NCBI GenBank assembly: GCA_965240325.2
Contig: OZ251242.1
Span: 434,001 to 498,000, forward strand
DNA: 64,000 nt
Source of the DNA: Rebecca billardiae RCC1528
Taxonomy: Eukaryota; Protista; Haptophyta
Direction: 5' to 3'
Shown: positions 43,904 to 57,300 of the stretch, in pieces
Layout: each line of letters starts with the position of its first letter
Numbering within the stretch: the stretch's first letter is position 1
The notes under the pieces: generated by a model
What the model was told of the DNA's origin: nothing
The model's database searches: none
The model's input: only the letters and a program-made list of their open reading frames with translations
Translations under genes and position numbers: made by a program

Positions 43904-44154
43904 GAGCAGGCTGTTGTGTCGTCGGTGTCTGCGGAGCGGGTGCTCGGCGCGGCGGGGCGGCGCGGCGGGGCGCAGGGGCCGAGGCCCGCACCGCCCGACG
44001 CGCTGCGCACGCGCCTCCTCGCCGCGCTGCTGCTGCGCAACGGCACTCGGCGGCACGCTGACGCCGACGCGGCGGCGGCAGCGGCGCCGCTGCGGCCGCG
44101 GCCGAGCCGCCCGCCAAGACGCCAGTGATGGCGGCCGAGCGGCGCGCGCGGCTG
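43904..44154 (+). repeat. Direct repeat copy 1 (~240 bp), upstream of the RCC1 gene
   Basis: Aligns with 46125-46359, e.g. cgcccgacgcgctgcgcacgcgcctcctcgccgcgctgctgctgcgcaacggcac. Confidence 0.85.
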
Positions 44155-44374
44155 TCACCAGCGCGGCGGCGGCGGTTGGCTTGCGGCGAGGGTGGCCGGC
44201 GGGGGTGGCGAAGCCACAGCCGCCGGCGACAGCGTCGATCCGGCGACAGACCTAGGCGGGGCCGGACCGCTCTGTGACACTGACAGTCCGGGCAGCTCAG
44301 GCAACGGACATGGACAGCGCGCGGCGACAAGCGCTCCGCCGCGCCGACACTCGCCCGTGCTCGTGGCGGGAGCG

Positions 44375-45919
44375 ATGGGCAGCACGGCACAGGCGCACGC
44401 GCGTCGTCTCGCGCTCGACGACGTGCCGCGCGAGGTGCTCGACCGCATCACCGTGCTCCTACCGCCGCGCGACCTCGCCAGCCTGAACGCCACCGCGCGC
44501 CTCTTCCACGCCGCGCCGCGTGGCGGGTGCTCGGCGGTCGAGCGCGCGCTGCGCGAGCGCGCGTGCGCGCGCGGGCACGATCGCGCGCTGCCGGCGACGC
44601 TGCCCTCCGACGTGCGCACGTGGACGGAGGAGCTGTTGATGCGCGAGCGCGTGCTCGAGCTCGGGAGCGCGCATGCGTCTCCGGTCTCGGCAGGCAACGG
44701 CTTCAGCGCGTTTGTGAACGCGGAGGGCGGGCTGCACACGTGCGGCGAGGAGCCGGTGCGGGACGAGGACACCTTGCAGCCGACGGACGAGTATCGAGCG
44801 CATATGGCTGCCGGTTGCTTGGGCGTGCCGCCAGTGCGTGTCCCCACGCGCGTCGCCTCCCTCAGCACGGTGCGCGTGTGCGCTGTGGCCGCCGGCTACG
44901 ACCACCTGCTCGCGCTGAGCGAGGCCGGCGCCGTGTACGGCTGCGGCGAGAACGGCTGGGGCCAGCTGGGGCTGGGGCACAGGGAGGAGCAACGCGCGTT
45001 CGCTCTCGTCAGGCTACCCGCAAGCGAGCCCGTCGTGTGCATCGCGGCAGGCAGCGCGCACAGCCTCGCGCTTACGGCTGCGGGCTGCGCGTACAGCTGG
45101 GGCGCCAACTGGTTCGGCCAGCTCGGCCACGGCGACAAGAAGCATCGGTGGGAGCCGACGCGCATCGAGGCGCTGGACGGCGTGCGTGTGGGCGGGATGG
45201 CCGTGGGCGGTGCCCACGCGCTGCTTCTCGATGTGCACGGCGCCGTCTACTCGTGCGGCAATGGCCACGATGGCCAGCTCGGCCACGGCGACGAGCAGGG
45301 TCAGCACACGCCGAGGCGCATCGAGGCGCTCGCGGGCGTGCGCGCCGTGCACGTGAGCGCGGGCGATGCCCACAGCCTGGTGGTGGACAGCGAGGGGGCG
45401 GTGTACTCGTTTGGATATGGTGGGTATGGCGAGCTCGGGCACGGAGACACGCGCGATGAGCTCGCGCCGAGGCGGCTTGACGCCCTAGCGGGTGTGCGCA
45501 TCGTGCGCGCGTGTGCGGGCGGCGACGGCAGCGCGGTGCTGGGCGCGGACGGCAGCGTGCACACGTTTGGGAGCAACAGTTTCGGCCAGCTCGGGCTGGG
45601 GCACGGAGGCGCGGCCGTCGCGGCTCCCACGCGTGTGACTGCCCTCGCGCACGCGCGCGCGGTGCACTGTGCCATGCGCTTCGCCCACTCGCTGTTTGTG
45701 AGTGCGGACGGCCGCGTGTACTCGTGCGGCAAGCGGTGCACTGTGCCATGCGCTTCGCCCACTCGCTGTTTGTGAGTGCCGGACGGCCGCGTGTACTCGT
45801 GCGGCAAGCGGTCGGCCGCGCTCGGCCTCGGCATGAGCGAGGCCGAGCAAGACGAGCCCACCCAGCGGGTTGCCACGCCCACGTGCATCGGGACGGCGTG
45901 GTGTGCCCGAGTCTGCTGA
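44375..45919 (+). CDS. F-box-like + RCC1-repeat protein, interrupted near the 3' end by a tandem duplication with an in-frame TGA (45773-45775)
   Basis: LDDVPREVLDRI N-terminus and multiple AAG-x-x-HSL...YSWG-x-N-x-x-GQLGHG repeats. The same frame resumes after the TGA and ends at 45919. Confidence 0.75.
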
Positions 45920-46124
45920 TGCGCGCCTCTGCCGACGCTCCGCTGCTCCGTTGCAGCCGTGGGCGGCGGTGACAGCGGACGCAGCAGCCGGGCGCAGGGC
46001 CGCCGCCGGCCCACGGTGCCGCCGCCCAGGCTGGCTGGCGCCTGGCGGTCGGACCGCCAGCAGCGCATCGCCTGGTTACTCGAGTGTGCACTGCTCGTCA
46101 CCGGCCGCGTCGCCGGCGTCCCAG

Positions 46125-46359
46125 GAGCAGGCCGTCGTGTCGGTGTATGCGGAGCGGGTGCTCACCGCGGCGGGGCGCGGCGGCGGGACGCGGGGGCCGA
46201 GGCCCGCGCCGCCCGACGCGCTGCGCACGCGCCTCCTCGCCGCGCTGCTGCTGCGCAACGGCACGGCGGCACGCGGCGGCGGCAAGCGGCGCCGCTGCGT
46301 CCGCGGCCGAGCCGCCCGCCGAGACGCCCGTGATGGCGGCCGAGCGGTGCGCGCGGCTG
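46125..46359 (+). repeat. Direct repeat copy 2, downstream of the RCC1 gene
   Basis: Aligns with 43904-44154. Confidence 0.85.
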
Positions 46360-46374
46360 GGCCGGTGGCAAAAG

Positions 46375-46448
46375 TATCGGGTGAGAGGATCGAACTCCCG
46401 ACCCTCTGCGTGTTAAGCAGATGTCATAACCAGCTAGACCAACCCGAC
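46375..46448 (-). tRNA. tRNA-Val(AAC)
   Basis: Acceptor GTCGGGT/ACCCGAT, anticodon arm TCTGC-TTAACAC-GCAGA, GTTCGA T-loop, and a downstream T run. Confidence 0.95.
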
Positions 46449-46731
46449 ACGGGTGCAAATATGACGAATAATTTGGGTTTGGTAGGCTGGTGTTTGTAAC
46501 AGCGCGCCACGGGGCGGCGCGACGAGTCATTCCCGCGCAGGATCTGCGGGGAGATCTGCGTCACTGGCTCAGGCGCGCAAGTGACGGCGGCGGCGGCTTG
46601 GCTGACACGATCCACCGGTGACCAGAGAGGCCATTCGGGCGCCACAACGCGAGACGCGGCCACAACGCGAGACGCGATGCGCGCCGCGCGCGCATCCCGG
46701 CAAGACAAAAAAGAACGGCGATTGTAAAAAG

Positions 46732-46804
46732 TATCGGGTGAGAGGCTCGAACTCCCGACCCTCTGCGTGTGAAGCAGATGTCATACCGACTAGACCAACC
46801 CGAC
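46732..46804 (-). tRNA. tRNA-Val(CAC)
   Basis: Same cloverleaf with anticodon loop TTCACAC and a downstream T5 terminator. Confidence 0.95.
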
Positions 46805-48357
46805 ACAACTGTGATGTTTGCGTATAATTTGGCTATAATAGGCTGGTGTTTGTAACAGCACTGGCCCGGGCCAAAGGACTGCCTTGACGAAGCAGAGCTG
46901 ACGATACTGACTATGAGCGACTTGCCCGCACTATTCGCCATGCGGGTAGCTCCCCCAAACGACGAAACTTCAAACCGCGATGGCGGACGGCGGTGCGCCA
47001 GCCCTCCTTGACCGACTCGGCGCTGCCTCGCCGCTGGCTTCGAGGCATGGGGCGCGCACGTGCGCGCTGTGTGGGGCGACGATGAGGATGGAGTGTGTCG
47101 TCTGGCCGTACGGTGCGACCGTGCTCACGCCAGCTGCCGCGGCGCGTTCGTGCAGCCGGCCGCGGCAGGTCATGTGTGCGAGCTATCTCGGCGACGGATG
47201 CGAGGGCCGCGCCGGTGGGTACATTCGCGAGAGCGTGAGCGATGGGTGCCAGTGGATTGCTCGGACGGGCAGTTCGCGCATCAGGACACCACGTCCCGTC
47301 CAGTCCAAGCCACGGGGCTCGTCACTGCCCCGGCAGGAGCCGCCCTTGGCGCAGCTGATGCAAGGCCAGCTCGCAAGCTTGCATTCAACCGCGAGGTGGC
47401 CAAAGGCGGTGGGCCCGGAAGCCAGGCGACGTGCGCCCTCGTCCCGGACAGGTGTGCTGAAATGCTCGTCGTAACGCCATGGCGCCTTGCTGCTGGCACG
47501 GCGATAAACAAGGGCGTGTTGAGACTGATGTGCCGACACGAGCACGCAAGCCAGGCCGCGGTGCCGAATGATGATTCGGATGATGCGGACAGAAGCACGT
47601 GGTCCGATGCGTAAGGCAGCACTACCTCGTCGGGAGCCAGAGCGGGGCGTTCCGGCGCCATCACTCTACCTGCTGACTATACTACTGCTATCTACTGCTG
47701 AGCCGGTCTGATCAAGTCAGCTGCGTCTCTGAGTGCTGACCGTCGCCGTCGGATGCTCCGAGGCGGTCTCACCGTACGGTCCGCCGGATCCGGCGCGTCG
47801 GACTGGCGGAGTCAGACGCCTCAGACGGCAGTCTGCACGCGCGCGGCCCCGCACGGCTCGGCATCTGACACCGCGTAGTGCGGCCCGCCGGGCCCGCCGT
47901 CCGGCCGTCGTCCGCGTCGCCGCGTCCGCGCCAGTCCCGCCGGGTCCGCCCGGGCGACACTCGGCGTGCCTGCGCGTGAGACCGCCCATCCGATCGGTCA
48001 AGCGGTCCGACTGCCAGTGTGAGTGACGACGCGCAGCAGCAGCCAGTGATGAGTGAGCAGAGCAGCCTGCCAGTGCCTGAGCCGGCCGAGTTATATTATA
48101 TTCGATCATCATCACTCATATCATCGACTGTCTATCGCGTGCGGACAGCACGGTGTCCGTGTCACTCTGAGTGCACGGTCCTCGGACCAGTCCGCGGATC
48201 CATCCGCGCCCAAGGCAGAGCGTATCGATATGGCCATCCGTCGCACCTGTCTGTCCCGGTCCGATCGACATCGTCGTCACTGACGTTGACTATACACTCA
48301 CTCACTCACAGCCACAGCGCCGCCTCTCGGATCGTGCACTGTCAGCTGAACTGCTGC

Positions 48358-51300
48358 TCAGTCTGAGTCGCCGACCGACGCCCGCGAGAACGCTGCACTC
48401 GACGTGCGATCCCTCTTCATCGCCGAGGACCTCCTGTTATTGCCGCCGTCGTCGTTGGACACTGCGCTCGACGTGCGATCCCTCCTCATCGCCGAGGACC
48501 TCCTGTTGCCGCCGTCGTCGTTGGACACCGACGACGAGCTCCGGCCGCGGCGCAGCCGGCCGCTGACGCGAGCCTCGCCCTGCCCGTCGCGCGGGTCGTC
48601 GTCCTCCTCCTCGTCGCGCGCCGCCGCCTTGGCCGCCGCCGCCGCCGCCGCCTCCGCGCTCAGCCTGCGCTCGACGTCGCTCGCCGTGGCACCGCTCGGC
48701 TTGCGGAAGGTGACCTCGTACAGCCGCTCGACCACGCGCGCGCCCTCGTCGTGCTCGCGCAGCAGCTCGCTCAGCTGCGGGGGGGGCGCGGCGAGGCGGA
48801 GGAGGAGGGGGCGTGAGGAGGAGGAGGGGGGGGGGGGCGGCGAGCGCGCGAGGCGCGCGGCGGCGGACGCGATCGGCATCAGCCCAACTCGAGAGGCCAG
48901 CGAGGGGGGGCGCGCGATCGGCGCGCGCGCGCGCGAGGGCTCGAGGGTACGCACCCGCTTCTGCACCGCCGCCACCTCCTTCGCGGCGAACTCGGCCGCG
49001 TCCTCCGCCCACGCGCCCAGCGCGGGCTGCACGACGCGCACGGCGTGCGCGTGCCAGCCATAGTGCGCGCGCGCGTACTCCCATAGCGCGGGCCACAGCC
49101 CGGGGCGCTCGTCGGCGAGGACGGCGCCGCGCTCGCGCTCGAGCCGGAGCGCGTCGTCGACCACCGCGCGGAGCGCGCCCACCGCGCTCGCCTCCGTCGC
49201 CACCCACGCCTCCGCGCCGCGTATCTTCTTGAGCAGGCCGTCGCGCGCGCCGATCGCCGCGGCCGCGCGCTGCAGCCGCGTGCTCTCGACGTCGAGCGCC
49301 GCGGCGGCGAGCTGCTCGTCGGAGGCGTGCGCGGCGCCCGAGCCGCGGCGCGCGCCGCGCGCCGCGAGCAGCGTCTGCAGCACCGGCGCGTCCGCCGCCT
49401 CCTCGCGCGCCGCGTCGTCGAGCGGCGTGTGCCCGAAGCGGTCCTCGGCGTTGAGGTCGACGCCGGGGACGGCGATTAAAAAGTGGCACGCGCTCACGTG
49501 CAGGCACGAGGTCGCGAGGTGGAGCGCGGTGCGCCCGTTGGGGTCGGCGGCGTTGACGGCGCAGCGCACGCGGATCAGCCGGCCGAGCTGCGCGACGTCG
49601 TCCGCCGCCGCCGCGGCGCACAGCTGCCGCGCCGCGTCGAAGCGGCCGAGCCGGCCGCCGCGCGCAAGCAGCAGCGCGGCGGTGCCGTCCTGCGCCGCTC
49701 CGAGCGCGTCCTGCAGCGGCGTCGCGCCCGCGCGGTCGGCGGCGTTCGCGTCGGCCTTGTGCTCGAGGAGCAGCCGGACGGCGGGCTCGCGCCCCGCCGC
49801 GGCGGCGAGGTGCAGCGCCGTGCGCTGCTCCGCGTTGGGCGCGTTCACGTCGCCGCCGTACCGCGCGAGCCGGCGGAGCGTGCGCAGCCCGTCGGGCGCG
49901 GCCGCGGCGGCGCACAGCGCCTCCGCCTGCGATCGCGAGCCGTGCGCGCCGCCGTGCCGCGCGAGCAGCTTGGCGGCGGCGCCGTGCTCGGACGCGAGCG
50001 CGTCGGCGAGCGGCGTCGCACCGCGCGCGTCCTGCGCGTTCACGCTCGCCTTCGCCGCGAGCAGCAGCTCGATCACGCGCGCGCTGCCGCCGCTCGCGGC
50101 AAGATGCAGCGCGGTGCGGCCATCAAAGTCGGCGTAGTCGACGTCGGCCTGCGACTGGTGAAGCAGCCGCGCGACCTTCTCGAGCTCGCCCTTGGCGCAC
50201 GCGGAGCAGAGCCGCGCGTGGTACAGCTCGCGCCGCTTGCGCTTCGCCACCGTCACCACGTTCTGCACCGAGCGCATGTCCACGCTGCGGATCGTCTCGA
50301 CCTGCGAGCGCGCGTCGGTCTCGCGTGAGACAGCGCTGGAGAGTCCGTCGGAGCGCGCCGAGCGGCCCGCGCTGCTCCCGGCATAGTCGGACGGCGCGTC
50401 GGAGCGCGCGCCCGAGCGGCCCGACATGCCCGAGCGCGCCGAGCGCGCGGTCGCGACGCCGTCGTACTGCCGCACCGCGTTGTCCATCAGCGCGTCCTCC
50501 TGCGAGGGGAAGAGCTTGAGCAACTCGCGGTAACGCTCGCGCGTGAGTGAGAACACGAGTGCGTGCGAGCCTTTGCCCACGCGCGCGCTCGAGATGTACC
50601 GGATGCCGAAGACGAACTGCACGTCGCCGACCGTCTCGCCCGGCCCGATCGTCTCGTACGCGTCCGCCGCGTCGTTGAGCGCGCCGCCCTCCTCCTCCGC
50701 GCCACCGTACGCCTCGACGGTGCCGTGCGCAACGAAGAGCAGCTCCTTGCACGCCTCGGCCACGCGGAAGATGACCGTCTCCGCCTCGATCTCGCGCTCG
50801 CGCAGCATGGAGGAGAGGCGGTTGAGGAAGCCGTCGGAGCAGCCGCGGAGGAGCGGCGCGCCGCCGACGAGCGCGCGGTTCGTGTGCGCCGCCACCTCCA
50901 TCTGCAGCCCGCTCGGCAGCCCCGCGTAGATCTCTTCGTTGGTCACGTTTGAGAGGGAGGCGGACTGAAGTCGCTTGATGAAGAACTTGCGCAGCCGCAC
51001 CTTGAGCTCGGCGGGCACGTCGATGTGCCGGATGTACGAGTCGGCGAGCTCGAGCCGCGCGCGCTTGCCCACGAGCTCGTCGTCCAGCTTCATCACCACG
51101 CCCGAGATGCCGCCCACCGTCCACGCGTACACCGTCATGTTGAGCGCCATCATCACCAGGTAGAAAATGAACTCGCCGTAGTTGGTCGGCAGCTGCGCGG
51201 TGCCGAGCGTGGTGATCATCGACACGACGAAGAAGAAGGAGACGATGTAGTGGTCAAACATCTCCGCCTCGGGCGAGGTGTAGTGCACCTCGTGCCCGCC

Positions 51301-54300
51301 GACCGCCTTGTTCTGCAGGCCGGCGTGGCGGCGCGCGCGGCGCGGTGAGCGGCGCGCGGCGGTACGCGGTACGCGACGCGGTACGCGGTACGCGGCGCGC
51401 GCACCTGCACGAGGTAGTCGTCGGCCCACGTGCGCTGCGTGAGCGTGTGCGCGAGCTCCGAGTAGCCCAGCACGTTCCACACGCAGCTGCACACGTGTAT
51501 CGTCAGCAGCAGCCCCGAGATGAACTTGAGCAGCCCGGCGCGCAGGTCGTCGTCGCTGCGCGCCGCGTCCCACGCGCGATACGCCTTCCATGCGTGCCGG
51601 CAGTACACGAGGCGGAGGAGGCGCAGCCCGACGACGACGGCGTGGTCGGCGCGCAGCGCGAGCGCGAGCATGTCGAGCGGCCACGACGCGAGCGCGTCCA
51701 GCGCAAAGTCGGTGTACAGGTACCGCCGCCGCACCTCGGCCGGGTCGAAGACCTCGCGCGAGTTCTCGTTGACGTGCGTGACGTGAAGCATGAGCAGCAC
51801 GCGCAGCACGTATGCCACGTCGAAGGCGAGGTTGATGTCGGTGAGCCAGTGCATCCGCGCGGTGTGCTCGAGGAACGAGAGCTGCAGCGGGATCACCGCA
51901 AAGTCGAACCCCACCTGGAAGAGGAACCAGCGGTGGCACGCGCCGTACAGCGCGGAGTGGAGCGAAACGACGTACCAAGGCTTCTCGCCCGCGATGTAGT
52001 CGCGCGCGCCGCCGCGCAGCCCGAGCGCTGCGAGCACGCCGCCCGGCGCGCCGAGCTCGGCCGCGCCGTCGGCGAACGCGCCGCCCGCGCCCGCGCGCCC
52101 GCCCTTGCGCCGGCGCAGCTCCGCCGCCGCCTCGCGCAGCGTGTTGGCCAGCCCCTGCCACGTCAAAAAGTCGTCCACCTCCTTGAGCATCGACGCGGCG
52201 GCGGCGGCGGCGGCGGCGGCCTCGGCGCTCGCGCCGCCGCCGGCGGCGGCGGCGCCGCCGGCGCCGCCGCCCGGCGCGCCGAGCGCGGCCGCGCCGCCGA
52301 GGAGGCCGGCGCCGCCGTCGGGCGCCGGGTCGACGGACACGCCGAGGTGCGCCGCCGCCCACGCGCGCACGTGCGCCGCGCGCGTGCCCGGCGGCAGCAC
52401 GACGACCGTCTCGATGAGCGCGAGCAGCTCGGCGGCGTGCACCTCCGCCGAGCCGTCCAGCCGCCGCTTGCCGATGCGCTGCACGATCGCGTCGGCGATC
52501 GCGTCGTACGCCGCCGTCGAGTTGAGCGCCGACTGCACCGCCTCGGCGTGCCGCGCGGCGCCCGCGGCCGCGCGCACGTGCTCCGCGCCGGCGTCAACGT
52601 CCGCGTCCGCGTCGGCGCGCGCGGCCGAGCCCGCGGCGCGCGCGCCCGCGCCCGGGCTGCCGCCGCGCGGCAACCCGCCGAGGGCCAGCCGGAGCTCAGG
52701 GACCGCGGCGGGCGCGCCCGCGCGCGACGAGCCGTCCTCGCCCGCGGCGGCGCCCTCAGCGCCCTCGCCCGAGCCGCCGCCGCCGTCGTCGTCCGCCTCC
52801 TCGGACGAGAGCAGGATCCACGAGGTGACGCCGACGACGAACTGGACCTCGGTCATCTGCTTGAGGCCGCGGCGGCGCGGCGGCGCGGCCGCCGAGCCGT
52901 CGGCCCACGCGTCGCGGCCGTGCTGCGCGCGCGCGCCGCCGCCGGGCGAGGCGGGCGGCGAGGACGAGGCGGGCGAGGAGACGCCGCCGGCCGCGCCCGC
53001 GGGCGCGTCCGTGCTCGGCGGCGGCGGCGCGGGCGCGACCGCGCCGTCCATCGCGGGCGGCATCGCCGGCGCGGGCGGCCCGGCCCCGGCCGCGCCCTCC
53101 TCCTCGAAGCCGCCGCGCCGCGCAGGGGACGACGGCGGCTCTCCGAACGGCGCCGCGCGCTCGTCGTGCGGCGCGGCGCGCTCGTCGTCGGGCGGCGGCG
53201 CGCTCGGGGCGAACGCGCGCGACGCCTCGAGCAGGTGCGAGACGAGGGAGCGGATCTCGGCCGAGTCCATCTCGCCGAGCGAGCCTGCGCGCGGAGCGGC
53301 GCGACCGCGCGCGGGCGGGGAGGGCGCGGGTCGGGGCGTGCCCTGATGAGCGCCTCTCTCGCGCGCTGTCTCGCGCGCGCGCGAGTGGCGCGCACCCTGC
53401 AGCTCGCGCACGTCGCGCAGGCGGACGGTGCCGCACTGCTTGCGGTCGAAGACGCGGAAGAGCGAGGTGATGACGGAGAGCGCGTCCTCCAGCGCCTCGG
53501 AGAGCGGCGTGCTGCGGGGCGTCGCCGTCGAGCGCGCCGTGCCGCCGCCGCCGCCGCCGCCGCCGCCGTCCGCGCAAACGGCCGGCGCGGGCGCGGGGCG
53601 CGCCGACGCGAGCGGCGACGACGGCGCGGACGGCGAGTGCGGAGGGCTGTCGCCGGGCGCGGAGTGCTGCCTGTGCGGCATCGGCGGCCCGTGCGCGCAC
53701 GCGGGCAGGCTCAGCTGCTTGTGCGGCATCGGCGGCCCCGCGGCCGCCAAAAGCGCCCGCCGACGGATCGAGTCGCCGCCGCCGGCGGCGCCGCCGAGCG
53801 TCTGCCGCAGCGGGTGGCCGCGCGTCGCGCGCCCGGCGGCGCTGGTGCTGTCGTCGTCAGAGCCGGACGCGCCGCTGACGCCGCGCGCCGAGCGGCGCGC
53901 GAAGCCCAGCATCGACGCGCGCCGCGCCTTGCGGCTGCTGTCGTCGGCCGCGCCGCCGCCCTGCAGCACCGTCGGTGCAGTCTGCCGCAGCGGGTGCGCG
54001 CGGCCGCGCGCGCCGCCGGCGACACTGTCCTCGTCGGAGCCGTCCGCGAGCGGGTTGCTGCCGCTGCGGTGGCGCGCGTCGCCGGGCTGCGCCTTCTTGA
54101 GCGTCTGCGAGGTGCGCAGCCCGCGCGTCACGCGCTGGATCGCCGACGCCGGCGACGAGCGGCCGCTGTCCTGCGCCGAATCGAGCGCGCCGCCGCTCGC
54201 CGAGCGCGGCCGCGCGCCGCGCGCCGCGTGCCGCGCGCTCAGGATCGACAGCAGGCGCCTCGAGCAGAAGAGCACGACGTGGCCGAGGTCAGAGAGGAAG

Positions 54301-57300
54301 ACCGGCTCGAGCTCGCCGTCGTCCGAGTCGGCCGCCTCGCTCACTCGCCGCTGCGCGCGCCCGCCCTCCAGCGCGAACGCCGACAGGTCCTGCGAGCCCG
54401 CGCGGCGCGAGCGCGCCTCGTCGACCGCGTGCGCGTGCCGCGAGAGCTGCAGCAGCGAGACGCCCGAGCCGCGGTGCGGGATCGCGGCGCGGACGGAGCC
54501 GACGCGCTTGAAGCTGCCCTTCCCGCCGCCGGGGCTGCGCAGCGCGCCGTCCTCCGCCACGTGCACGCCGAGCTCCATCATCGGCGGCGGGACGGCGCGC
54601 GCCGGGTGTGCCGCCGCCGCGGCCGCCGCCGAGCCGCGCGCCGCCGCCGCCGCCGCCGCGGCCGCCGCCGAGCGCCGCTCCATCTCGTCCGCCTCGGCGA
54701 GCTCGGGCAGCGCGGACGCGGGCTCGCTCGCGGGCGCGCCCGCGCCGAGCAGGCTGTGCAGCTCGGCGTACACCTCGCGCAGCACCTCCTCCGCCTCCTC
54801 CACCGTCAGCTGCAGCTCGCCAACGAGCACGGCGCCGAGCGCGCCGTGTTCCTCGAACCGACGCACGGCGCCGGGCAGGTGCGCGCGCGCGCTCGGCGAG
54901 AGGCGCGCGCCGAACGCGGCGCGGAGCATGCGCAGCCCGGCCTCGGCCTTGGGCAGCTGCAGCACCAGCTTGATGAAGCGCGCGCGGTCGGCCGTGCCGC
55001 CGTCCGCCCTGGCGGGCGGCGCGTCCCGGCGGCCGAGCCACGGCGCCGCGGCGGCGGCGGCGGCGGCGGCGGCGGCGTCCGAGCCGTCGGAGGAGCACGA
55101 CTCGGCGTCGGACGGGTCCGAGTCAGTGTCCGCGTCCTCGCCGTCCTCCACGCCGTACTCGCTGATCCAGATGTCCGCGTGCCACGCCAGCGTGCGGAAG
55201 AGCGCGCGCTGGTGACGCGTGAGCTCGGCCATTCGGCGCGCGAGCTTGGCGAGCGACGTCTCGACCGCGTGCGACTTGCGCAGCAGGCCGTCGTGGTCGG
55301 CCTTGCGCGTGCGCGCGCGCTCGTTGATCTTGCGGTTGAGCGCGTACATGTCGACCGACTCCGCCCGCGCCGCGCGCAGCAGCGCCTCGCACTCCGCGTA
55401 CGTGCGCGCGCCGTCGCCCGCGCCGCGCGCGAGCTCCGCCGCGGGCGGCAGCCGCGCGCCGCAGTGCAGCGCGAGCACGGACGCAATCTCGGCGTGGCGG
55501 CCGAGCGCGTCCATGAGCGGCGGCCGGCCCCAGCGGTCGGCGAGGTTGACGTCGGCCATCGCGGCGACGAGCAGGTACGCGCTCGAGATCGAGCCCGCCT
55601 GCACCGCCGCGTGCAGCGCCGTGCGCTTGTCCACGTCGGCGTCGTCGACCGGGGCGCCCATGTCTAGCAGGAAGCGCAGCTTGTCCGCGTCGCCCGCGGC
55701 CGCGGCGGCGCGCAGCCGCGCGCCCATCGCGGCCTCGTCGAGGCGGGGCGAGCTGCGCGCGATCTGGCGCGCGACGAGCACGTGCTCGTGCTCGATCGCC
55801 TCGTCGAGCGGCGCGCGCCCCCACCGGTCCTCCGCGTTCACGTCCGCGAGGTTGGCGAGCAAGTACTCGACGATGCGCGTCGAGCCGTCGGCCGCGGCGA
55901 CGTGCAGCGCGGTGCGCAGGTCGTAGTTGGCGGCGTTGATGTCGACGCCGTGCGCGACGAGCATCGCCATGTGCGCGAGGTCGCCCTTCGTCGCCGCCGC
56001 GAGCATCCGCTCCGCCGGCCGCTCGAGCTGCAGCACCGAGCCCGCCTTCGCGAGCTCGTCCGCCACGGCCGGGTGGCGCGTCTCGACGGCGTTTTGGATT
56101 GGCGTCGCGCCGAACCGGTCGCGCGCCGACGCGTCCGCGCCGAGCTCGCACAGCAGCCGGACGACGGCGAGGTTGCCCTGGATCGCGGCGAGGTGGAGCG
56201 TGGTGCGCTGGTCGTACGTGCCCACGCCCAGGTCGAAGCCGCGCGCCACGAGCGAGCGCACCGTCTCCGTGTCGCCCTGCCACACCGCAAGCTGCATCTG
56301 CGCGAGCTGCTCCTCGTTTTTTTCGACGATCGCGACGCGGATCGTCTCGCGGAGCGCCTCGTGCTCTTTCGCCTCGTCCTCCGAGAGCGCGTTGAGGTCG
56401 ACGCCCACCGCGCCGCCCGCGAGCTGCGCGCCCGAGCGGTCGAGCCCGTACCGCTTCAGCAGGTTCGTCAGGATGTGCTCCGCGTGCTCCGGGTACGAGC
56501 CGATCAGCTCCTCGTACGGCGCGGCGCCGAGCACGGCGAGCGTCACCTCGCCGTCGGGCGTCGCCGCGACCGTGTACGGCTGCGGCACGCCGGCGACGAA
56601 GGCGACCTCGCCGACGATCTGGCCCGGGCCGAGGTCGGAGCGCACGGTCGAGATGTGCACGTCGCCCTTCTTCACGTGCAGCGCGCCGCCCAGGCACCAC
56701 GGCAGCTCGGTGCTGCCGTCGCCGCGCTTGAAGAGGATCTCGCGCGGCATCATGTACCGCACGCGCAGCGAGAGCGCCAGCTGGTTGAGGAACTGCGGCG
56801 TGCAGCCGAAGAAGAGCGGCGTGGCGCCGAGCTCGCACGCGTACTGCTCGACGGCGACCTCGGTCTTGAGCGAGAGCGGGATCTGCGCGAAGATCCGCTC
56901 CGTCGCCGCCGCGCTCTTGCTCCGCTGGAACTCGTAGTGCGAGCGGATGCGCGCGCCGAGGTGCGGCGGCAGCTTGCGCTCCGTCACGTAGTCGTCGACC
57001 GCCTTGAGCAGCTGGTTGGCGTACACGGTGGACTCGTCGGTGCGCACGAGGTAGTGGAAGAGCGTGCCGAGCACGAACGCGTAGAACACGATCTGCACGA
57101 GCGCCACCACGATCGCGAAGATGATCTCCGACTGCACGGTGATCACGAGCGTGCCGTACCCGAGCGCTGCGGCGGGCGGCGGGCGGGGCGCGCGCGCGCG
57201 CGCGCGCGGGCGGCGGTGGCGAGGCGCGGCGGCGGTGGGCACGGAGGCGAGGCGGTGCGGCGCGGCGCGCCGGCGCCGCCGCCGCCGACGGCGCGCGGGA

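Noticed and set aside
45773-45775. In-frame TGA as selenocysteine or programmed readthrough
   Set aside because: It arises from an out-of-frame duplicated segment, is not at a conserved Cys position, and I recognised no SECIS.
46970-47664. Possible degraded gene after the tRNAs
   Set aside because: No frame is consistently coding and no motif was recognisable.
48398-48530. Repeat-spacer-like pattern (CRISPR-like)
   Set aside because: Only two ~69-bp tandem units within the channel's coding tail, with no unique spacers, in a eukaryotic context.
51345-55667. 1440-aa plus-strand ORF
   Set aside because: Antisense shadow of the tandem channel gene.
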